35,803 nucleotides of DNA from a virus (taxonomy: Duplodnaviria; Heunggongvirae; Uroviricota; Caudoviricetes): IMG/VR virus record IMGVR_UViG_2548876858_000018; one strand, written 5' to 3'. Made by a program: the position numbers and the translations under genes. The notes under the pieces were generated by a model that did no database searches, was not told the origin of the DNA, and saw only the letters and a list, made by a program, of their open reading frames with translations. This document shows positions 29,177 through 35,803 of this stretch, piece after piece; position 1 is the stretch's first letter; each line of letters opens with the position of its first letter.

Positions 29177-32100
29177 TAACAACCTGCGTCTGCAGGTCAT
29201 TCTTAATGCGGTTGACAAACTCACCCGCCCATTCCGTGCTGCACAGGCCAGTTCGAAAGAGCTGGCTGGCGCAATTCAGAATACCAGAAACAGCCTCAAA
29301 GAACTGAATAAGCAGGCTGGCAGAATTGATGAGTTTCGCAAGACGCGCTCGCAACTAGCCATAACAGCCAACAACCTGAACGCAGCCCGCGAAGAGGCGG
29401 CAAAACTCGCCACACAATTTGCTGCCACTAACAGGCCAACCGCCGCGCAGGCAAAGTTATTCAGTCAGGCCAAAACACGAGTACAGGAACTTCAGCAGAC
29501 CTATAACGGCTTGGTGGGGGCGGTCCAGAGACAACGTCAGGCACTTAAAGAATCAGGGATTGATACCAGGCAACTCAGTAGTGCCCAGCGAGAACTTAAG
29601 AAAAATGCTGAAGAAACAAGGCAGGCACTGGAGGGCCAGCAAAAAGCACTTAAACGTCTGGGTGAACAACAGGCACGGATGAACGCTGCCAGAGAACAAT
29701 ACTCAAGACGGCTTGAAGTGCGCGATCGTATCGCAGGAGCCGGAGCCACCACCACGGCTGCAGGGCTGGCAATGGGCGCGCCAGTGATGGCGGCGGTAAA
29801 AAGCTATACCAGCATGGAAGATGCCATGAAAGGTGTGGCAAAGCAGGTCAATGGTCTGCGTGACGATAATGGCAACCGCACTGCGCGTTTTTACGAAATG
29901 CAGGATGCCATCAAGGCTGCCAGCGAACAGTTGCCGATGGAAAACGGTGCGGTGGACTTCGCTGCACTGGTTGAAGGTGGTGCGCGCATGAACGTGGCAA
30001 ACCCTGACGACAGCTGGGAAGACCAGAAACGTGACCTGCTGGCCTTCGCCAGTACGGCAGCAAAGGCGGCAACAGCCTTTGAGCTGCCAGCGGATGAACT
30101 GTCAGAAAGTCTGGGGAAAATCGCCCAGCTCTACAAAATACCTACCCGCAATATTGAACAGCTCGGCGATGCGCTGAACTATCTGGATGATAACGCCATG
30201 TCGAAAGGGGCGGACATCATTGATGTGATGCAACGTCTGGGCGGTGTGGCTGACCGTCTGGATTATCGTAAAGCGGCGGCACTGGGTTCCACCTTTCTGA
30301 CACTGGGCGCTGCGCCGGAGGTTGCAGCCAGTGCAGCAAACGCGATGGTGCGTGAATTGTCCATTGCCACCATGCAAAGCAAGAGTTTCTTTGAAGGGAT
30401 GAATCTGCTGAAACTCAATCCTGAAGTGATTGAAAAGCAGATGACGAAGGATGCGATGGGAACCATCCAGCGTGTACTGGAGAAGGTGAACGCACTGCCG
30501 CAGGACAAGCGTCTGTCTGCCATGACCATGTTGTTTGGTAAAGAGTTTGGCGATGACGCGGCGAAACTGGCAAACAACCTGCCGGAACTACAGCGCCAGC
30601 TAAAACTGACAGCGGGCAATGATGCGCTCGGTTCGATGCAGAAAGAATCCGACATCAACAAAGACTCACTTTCTGCTCAGTGGTTGCTGGTCAAAACCGG
30701 AGCGCAGAACACCTTCAGCAGCCTGGGCGAAACGCTGCGCCAGCCGCTGATGGATATTCTGTACACGGTGAAAAGCGTCACGGGGGCGTTGCGCCGCTGG
30801 GTGGAAGCTAACCCGGAACTGACAGGCACACTGATGAAAGTAGTGGCTGTTGTGGCTGCGGTTACCGTAGGCCTCGGCACCTTAGCGGTGGCGCTGGCTG
30901 CAGTGCTGGGGCCGCTGGCAGTGATCCGTCTGGGATTCTCTGTGCTGGGTATCAAAACGTTACCTTCCGTTACGGCAGCAGTAACTCGAACCAGCAGCGC
31001 GTTGTCCTGGCTGGCTGGCGCACCACTGGCACTGCTGCGACGCGGGCTTGCTTCATCGGGCAACGCAGCGGGTTTACTTACTGCTCCGTTGTCGTCTTTG
31101 CATCGCACGGTATCACTGATGGGGAATGTCCTGAAAACTGTAGCAGGTGCGCCGGTTGCACTTTTGCGGTCTGGATTATCCGGTTTACGTGCTGTTGCTG
31201 TGATGTTTATGAATCCACTGGCAGCACTACGCGGTGGGCTGGCTGCCGCAGGCGCGGTGCTGCGTGTGCTCGCATCCGGCCCGCTGGCGATGCTGCGCGT
31301 TGCCCTGTATGCCATATCTGGTCTGTTAGGTGCTCTGCTCAGTCCGATAGGTCTTGTGGTTACTGCACTGGCGGGCGTGGCGCTGGTTGTCTGGAAATAC
31401 TGGCAACCCATCACCGCATTTCTCGGTGGCGTGGTGGAAGGATTCAAAGCGGCGGCAGGTCCCATCAGTGCAGCGTTCGAACCGCTTAAGCCCGTGTTCC
31501 AGTGGATTGGCGACAAAGTGCAGGCGCTGTGGGGCTGGTTTACTGATCTGCTGACGCCCGTTAAGTCGACCTCTGCCGAACTGCAGAGCGCAGCGGCAAT
31601 GGGGCGGCGATTCGGGGAGGCACTGGCGGAAGGGCTGAATATGGTCATGCATCCGCTGGACTCCCTGAAATCCGGCGTTTCCTGGTTGCTGGAGAAGCTC
31701 GGCATTGTCAGTAAAGAGGCCGCAAAGGCAAAACTGCCGGAAAGCGTGACGCGTCAGCAACCTGCGACGGTGAATGCAGACGGTAAAGTGATGATGCCAT
31801 CGGGTGGTTTTCCATCATGGGGATATGGCTTTGCGGGGATGTATGACAGCGGCGGGTATATCCCGCGCGGGCAGTTTGGCATCGTCGGTGAAAACGGGCC
31901 GGAAATTGTTAACGGCCCGGCAAATGTGACCAGCCGGAGAAATACAGCTGCACTGGCTGCCGTTGTTGCCGGAATGATGGGCGTTGCTGCCGCGCCAGCA
32001 GAGCTTCCACCGTTGCACCCTTTGGCACTTCCCGCGAAAGGTGGAGAAGCAATTGTGAGTCGCGCAGCCACTGTGCCGCTCGTTCAACGGATTGAGGCAC

Positions 32101-32246
32101 CGACGCAGATCATCATTCAGACGCAGCCAGGACAAAGTGCGCAGGATATTGCGCGGGAGGTGGCACGCCAGCTTGATGAACGTGAACGCAGGCTGAAGGC
32201 AAAAGCCAGGAGTAACTACAGCGATCAGGGGGGATACGACGCATGA
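29169..32246 (+). CDS. T: Tail tape measure protein (P2 gpT family)
   Basis: 1025 aa, coiled-coil N-terminal half, Ala/Gly-rich hydrophobic repeats, position E-T-U-D. Confidence 0.85.
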   Translation: MSDNNLRLQVILNAVDKLTRPFRAAQASSKELAGAIQNTRNSLKELNKQAGRIDEFRKTRSQLAITANNLNAAREEAAKLATQFAATNRPTAAQAKLFSQAKTRVQELQQTYNGLVGAVQRQRQALKESGIDTRQLSSAQRELKKNAEETRQALEGQQKALKRLGEQQARMNAAREQYSRRLEVRDRIAGAGATTTAAGLAMGAPVMAAVKSYTSMEDAMKGVAKQVNGLRDDNGNRTARFYEMQDAIKAASEQLPMENGAVDFAALVEGGARMNVANPDDSWEDQKRDLLAFASTAAKAATAFELPADELSESLGKIAQLYKIPTRNIEQLGDALNYLDDNAMSKGADIIDVMQRLGGVADRLDYRKAAALGSTFLTLGAAPEVAASAANAMVRELSIATMQSKSFFEGMNLLKLNPEVIEKQMTKDAMGTIQRVLEKVNALPQDKRLSAMTMLFGKEFGDDAAKLANNLPELQRQLKLTAGNDALGSMQKESDINKDSLSAQWLLVKTGAQNTFSSLGETLRQPLMDILYTVKSVTGALRRWVEANPELTGTLMKVVAVVAAVTVGLGTLAVALAAVLGPLAVIRLGFSVLGIKTLPSVTAAVTRTSSALSWLAGAPLALLRRGLASSGNAAGLLTAPLSSLHRTVSLMGNVLKTVAGAPVALLRSGLSGLRAVAVMFMNPLAALRGGLAAAGAVLRVLASGPLAMLRVALYAISGLLGALLSPIGLVVTALAGVALVVWKYWQPITAFLGGVVEGFKAAAGPISAAFEPLKPVFQWIGDKVQALWGWFTDLLTPVKSTSAELQSAAAMGRRFGEALAEGLNMVMHPLDSLKSGVSWLLEKLGIVSKEAAKAKLPESVTRQQPATVNADGKVMMPSGGFPSWGYGFAGMYDSGGYIPRGQFGIVGENGPEIVNGPANVTSRRNTAALAAVVAGMMGVAAAPAELPPLHPLALPAKGGEAIVSRAATVPLVQRIEAPTQIIIQTQPGQSAQDIAREVARQLDERERRLKAKARSNYSDQGGYDA

Positions 32247-32728
32247 TGATGGTGCTGGGATTGTACGTGTTTATGCTGCGCACCGTTCCGTATCAGGAAC
32301 TGCAGTATCAACGCAGCTGGCGACATGCGGCAAACAGTCGGGTAAACCGACGTCCGTCCACGCAGTTTCTGGGACCGGAAAACGACATGCTGACGCTTTC
32401 CGGTGTTCTTATGCCGGAAATAACAGGCGGCAGGCTGTCGTTGCTGGCACTGGAGCAGATGGCAGAACAGGGGAAAGCATGGCCCCTGATTGAAGGCAGC
32501 GGCACGATTTACGGCATGTATGTGATTGAGGGACTGAATCAGACTAAAACGGAGTTTTTCCGCGACGGTATGCCGCGCCGGATTGAGTTCACCCTGTCGC
32601 TCAAACGAGTGGATGAATCCCTGTCCGATATGTTCGGTGATCTCAGTGCGCAACTGAATAATTTGCAGGACACGGCAACGTCTGCCTTAAGCGATATCAG
32701 TAAAACGGTGGGAGGGCTGCTGTCGTGA
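32243..32728 (+). CDS. U: Tail protein U (P2 gpU family)
   Basis: 161 aa, overlapping T and D. Confidence 0.85.
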   Translation: MMMVLGLYVFMLRTVPYQELQYQRSWRHAANSRVNRRPSTQFLGPENDMLTLSGVLMPEITGGRLSLLALEQMAEQGKAWPLIEGSGTIYGMYVIEGLNQTKTEFFRDGMPRRIEFTLSLKRVDESLSDMFGDLSAQLNNLQDTATSALSDISKTVGGLLS

Positions 32729-33825
32729 ATTTCAGCTCTGAACTGCTTAACAAAGGCAACAAAACTCCCGCATTCAGCATCAGTATTGAGGGCAGGGATA
32801 TCACCACTGTGCTGGATAACCGCCTGATGAGTTTGACGCTGACGGATAACCGGGGCTTTGAAGCGGACCAGCTTGATCTGGAGCTGGATGACGCTGACGG
32901 AAAAATCGTGCTGCCGCGCCGTGGTGCGGTTATTACGCTGGCGCTGGGCTGGAAGGGGCAGCCGCTTTTCCCGAAAGGGGCATTCACAGTGGACGAGATT
33001 GAACACACTGGCGCACCGGACCGCCTGACTATCCGGGCGCGAAGTGCTGATTTTCGGGAAACGCTGAATACCCGCCGTGAAAAATCGTGGCATAAGACCA
33101 CCGTCGGGGAAGTGGTGAAGGAAATAGCCGCGCGGCACAAGCTGAAGATGGCACTGGGTAAAGACCTGTCGGATAAGCCCGTAGAGCATATAGACCAGAC
33201 TAATGAGAGTGACGGCAGTTTTCTGATGCGGCTGGCGCGACAGTACGGTGCCATCGCGTCGGTGAAAAATGGCAATCTGTTATTCATCCGGCAGGGGCAG
33301 GGCAAAAGCGCCACTGGTAAACCTCTGCCAGTGATCACTATCACACGCAAGGACGGCGACAGTCACCGATTTACCCTGGCAGATCGCGGAGCCTACACGG
33401 GCGTAATTGCCAGCTGGTTGCATACCCGCGAACCTGCGAAGAAAGAAAGCACCACGGTGAAGCGTAAGCGCAGAACTAAGAAGCAGAAGAAAGAGCCAGA
33501 AGCGAAGCAGGGCGATTACCTGGTGGGTACGGATGAAAACGTGCTGGTACTTAATCGCACTTATGCCAACCGGAGCAACGCCGAACGAGCGGCGAAAATG
33601 CAGTGGGAACGCCTGCAACGCGGCGTTGCGTCATTTTCGCTACAACTGGCAGAAGGGCGGGCAGATCTCTACACGGAAATGCCTGTGAAGGTCAGTGGTT
33701 TTAAACAGCCGATAGATGATGCGGAATGGACCATTACGACTCTGACACATACCGTCAGCCCGGATAACGGTTTTACAACCAGTATTGAACTCGAAGTGAA
33801 GATTGATGATCTTGAAATGGAATAA
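32725..33825 (+). CDS. D: Tail protein D (P2 gpD family)
   Basis: 366 aa, last tail gene before ogr. Confidence 0.85.
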   Translation: MNFSSELLNKGNKTPAFSISIEGRDITTVLDNRLMSLTLTDNRGFEADQLDLELDDADGKIVLPRRGAVITLALGWKGQPLFPKGAFTVDEIEHTGAPDRLTIRARSADFRETLNTRREKSWHKTTVGEVVKEIAARHKLKMALGKDLSDKPVEHIDQTNESDGSFLMRLARQYGAIASVKNGNLLFIRQGQGKSATGKPLPVITITRKDGDSHRFTLADRGAYTGVIASWLHTREPAKKESTTVKRKRRTKKQKKEPEAKQGDYLVGTDENVLVLNRTYANRSNAERAAKMQWERLQRGVASFSLQLAEGRADLYTEMPVKVSGFKQPIDDAEWTITTLTHTVSPDNGFTTSIELEVKIDDLEME

Positions 33826-33893
33826 AGTGTTCTCAATATTGATATTTTGTGTATCATTACAATGATTCTGATAGCAAAGGTAGGGATCTGGAT

Positions 33894-34112
33894 ATGATGA
33901 ATTGTCCAAAGTGTGGTCATGCGGCACACACAAGGAGCAGTTTTCAAGTAACTGAAAGCACCAAAGAGCGTTACTGCCAGTGCCAAAATATTAACTGCGG
34001 GAGCACTTTTGTTACTCATGAAACAGTGGTCCGGTTTATTGTGACACCCGCACTGATTGCTACTGCTCCTCCACATCCATTGCCAGGTGGTCAGGGGCAT
34101 ATGAATTTTTGA
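33894..34112 (+). CDS. ogr: Ogr/Delta-type zinc-finger late transcription activator
   Basis: MMNCPKCGHAAHTRSS...KERYCQCQNINCGSTF... matches P2 Ogr C-x2-C...C-x4-C pattern; ORF-track start 33849 is upstream in-frame. Confidence 0.8.
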   Translation: MMNCPKCGHAAHTRSSFQVTESTKERYCQCQNINCGSTFVTHETVVRFIVTPALIATAPPHPLPGGQGHMNF

Positions 34113-34119
34113 GAAAGAG

Positions 34120-34143
34120 AACCTGCTACGGCAGGTTTTTATT
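34120..34143. terminator. Hairpin terminator after ogr (overlaps stop of convergent gene)
   Basis: AACCTGC-tacg-GCAGGTT followed by TTTTTATT. Confidence 0.5.
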
Positions 34144-34621
34144 CATCTGGGATCTCACCCGTTTCAAGAAAATGTATAAAGCCAGGCTCATCTATGATGA
34201 TTGTGCCTTTCATCCTGGCTGCCGATACTTTTGATGGGCCTGCATTGTAACCGCAACAGAGCATCTGAAGGCTTTGGGTTATAGAGGTTCTTACCGTTAA
34301 TCCTTGTTCATTCGCCTTATCAACCAATCTTTCTTTATCTGCTTTCTTAAATCCGGTGAAACACACATCGAATGTATTTTTTTTCGGACCAGACTGCTTA
34401 GTGAGATGTGAGTAGCTTTCGGGGAGGAATGACGCGCATTCCTGAATGGCTTGTTCTGGTGAATCGTACTGTTTAAGAATGCGGTCTTTTCGGAAGGTTT
34501 TTATTCGATCGGTGTTCTTACAAATGCCCTGTATATGATTTTCGCTATAACTGATGCTCTGTATAGAGTGAACAGCGATACGACCATTTGCATTGATGTA
34601 AACAAAGTGAAGTTCTTCCAT
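34139..34621 (-). CDS. Hypothetical protein with N-terminal WYL-like domain and C-terminal BRCT-like domain; cargo gene between ogr and attR
   Basis: 160 aa; N-terminal FVYINANGRIAVHSIQ...GIC...DRIKTFRKDRI fits WYL-domain pattern ending RTFRxDRI; C-terminal CFTGF...GLTV...AGPSKV.AA...G..IIDE..F..FL fits BRCT pattern as in LigA; lower GC than phage backbone. Confidence 0.6.
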   Translation of the reverse strand: MEELHFVYINANGRIAVHSIQSISYSENHIQGICKNTDRIKTFRKDRILKQYDSPEQAIQECASFLPESYSHLTKQSGPKKNTFDVCFTGFKKADKERLVDKANEQGLTVRTSITQSLQMLCCGYNAGPSKVSAARMKGTIIIDEPGFIHFLETGEIPDE

Positions 34622-34704
34622 GTGAAACCTCTTTGCATGATTTCAAGATGGCGACAGGCAAGATGGACGCAAAAGTCTGTCGCCATTTTGCCGCCACTAC
34701 CAAA

Positions 34705-34734
34705 GAAAAAGGGGCTACGCTTTCACGTAACCCC
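34705..34734 (-). terminator. Rho-independent terminator downstream of ssrA (supplied by prophage end)
   Basis: On minus strand GGGGTTACG-tgaaag-CGTAGCCCC followed by TTTTTTC. Confidence 0.5.
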
Positions 34735-34744
34735 TTGATTTATT

Positions 34745-35107
34745 TGGTGGAGCTGGCGGGAGTTGAACCCGCGTCCGAAATTCCTACATCCTCGGTACTA
34801 CATGCTTAGTCAGTCTTTACATTCGCTTGCCAGCTGCGGACGGACACGCCACTAACAAACTAGCCTGATTAAGTTTTAACGCTTCAACCCCAGGCAGGGC
34901 TTCCACGCGATCTCTTTTGGGTTTGACCTCTCTTGATCCCCGTCCTAAGAGCGGAGGCTAGGGAGAGAGGGCTCTAAGCAGGTTATTAAGCTGCTAAAGC
35001 GTAGTTTTCGTCGTTTGCGACTATTTTTTGCGGCTTTTTACGAGGCCAACCGCCCCTCGGCATGCACCTTGGGTTTCGCAAATCCCGTCGAATCCAGAAT
35101 CAGCCCC
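34745..35107 (-). ncRNA. ssrA: tmRNA (SsrA)
   Basis: Reverse complement begins GGGGCTGATTCTGGATTCGACGGG and ends ...GGTTCAACTCCCGCCAGCTCCACCA; contains tag-reading-frame region. Confidence 0.92.
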
Positions 35108-35320
35108 AATGTGTAACGGTAAGTATACCAGATTTATGAGCAGCATGACTAGCCCAAAAGGCGTTATCATCCTGGAATTAGCGCCTGCATAGTATGATTT
35201 TTTTCGATTAAGCAATGGGATGGCTACATCTGTGTCAGATTTGACAGTCGATAAGATGTTCATTCGCGCCACCGGATAGGGAGGCGCGGTGAGGATTTGA
35301 TTAGTATCGCTTATATAGGT

Positions 35321-35803
35321 TTAACGATGGGCGTTTTTCATGATACGCGCTTTATCCACCTGCCATTCGCGTTCTTTGATATCTGAACGTTTATCGTGCT
35401 GTTTTTTACCTTTGGCGACGCCGATTTTCACTTTGCACCAGGCATTTTTCCAGTACAGGGAGAGCGCCACTACGGTATAGCCTTCTCGATTGACGCGACC
35501 GTACAATGAGTCCAGTTCGCGCTGGTTGAGAAGTAACTTGCGGGTACGGGTAGGATCGCACACCACATGCGTGGAGGCCACAGCCATTGGCGTGATGTTA
35601 GCGCCAAACAGAAATGCCTCTCCGTCACGCAGAAGGACGTAGCTGTCGCTGATATTGGCTTTTCCTGCACGCAGGGATTTAACCTCCCAGCCTTGCAGGG
35701 CAAGTCCCGCTTCGAACTCTTCTTCGATAAAGTATTCGTGACGGGCGCGCTTGTTAAGCGCGATGGTCGCTGAACCAGGTTTATGTGCTTTTTTCTTCGT
35801 CAT
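35321..35803 (-). CDS. smpB: SsrA-binding protein SmpB
   Basis: 160 aa, [28 protein letters not shown]... matches E. coli SmpB as recalled; upstream of ssrA on same strand. Confidence 0.95.

Noticed and set aside
30677-31705. 342-aa ORF on - strand inside tape measure gene T
   Set aside because: Antisense to T; Ala/Ser/Pro/Arg-rich low-complexity product; no RBS or context.
33640-34100. Minus-strand ORFs (97 and 143 aa) overlapping ogr and the D/ogr intergenic region
   Set aside because: Overlap the clearly conserved ogr gene on the opposite strand; no supporting signals.
35021-35272. 83-aa ORF overlapping ssrA
   Set aside because: Lies within the tmRNA gene and its promoter region; tmRNA identity is unambiguous.

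Overview
This window is an E. coli chromosomal region holding a near-complete P2/186-family (Fels-2-like) temperate myovirus prophage integrated at the 3' end of ssrA (tmRNA, 34745-35107, minus strand), with host smpB at 35321-35803. The left prophage boundary (attL) lies beyond position 1. All calls are from reading the sequence and ORF track, with no database searches run. Gene order is collinear with P2/186: int, cI-type repressor, apl/cII early genes, dam, replication gene A, a LexA-boxed DinI-like module, a cos-like sequence, then portal Q, terminase P, O-N-M-L, the lysis cassette, tail genes R-S-V-W-J-I-H-G, FI-FII-E/E'-T-U-D and ogr. Three TGT-N12-ACA Ogr-type late-promoter dyads are present. 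Three compositionally foreign, AT-rich cargo genes are the main items of interest: a 557-aa orphan between cos and the portal gene (9053-10726, the P2 tin/old slot), a 343-aa membrane protein beside int (1-1032), and a 160-aa WYL-like plus BRCT protein between ogr and attR (34139-34621). The tail-fibre region carries a Gin/Pin-type invertible segment whose invertase gene is split by an IS911-like element (25248-26505, 3-bp duplication GAT), so the switch is probably locked.
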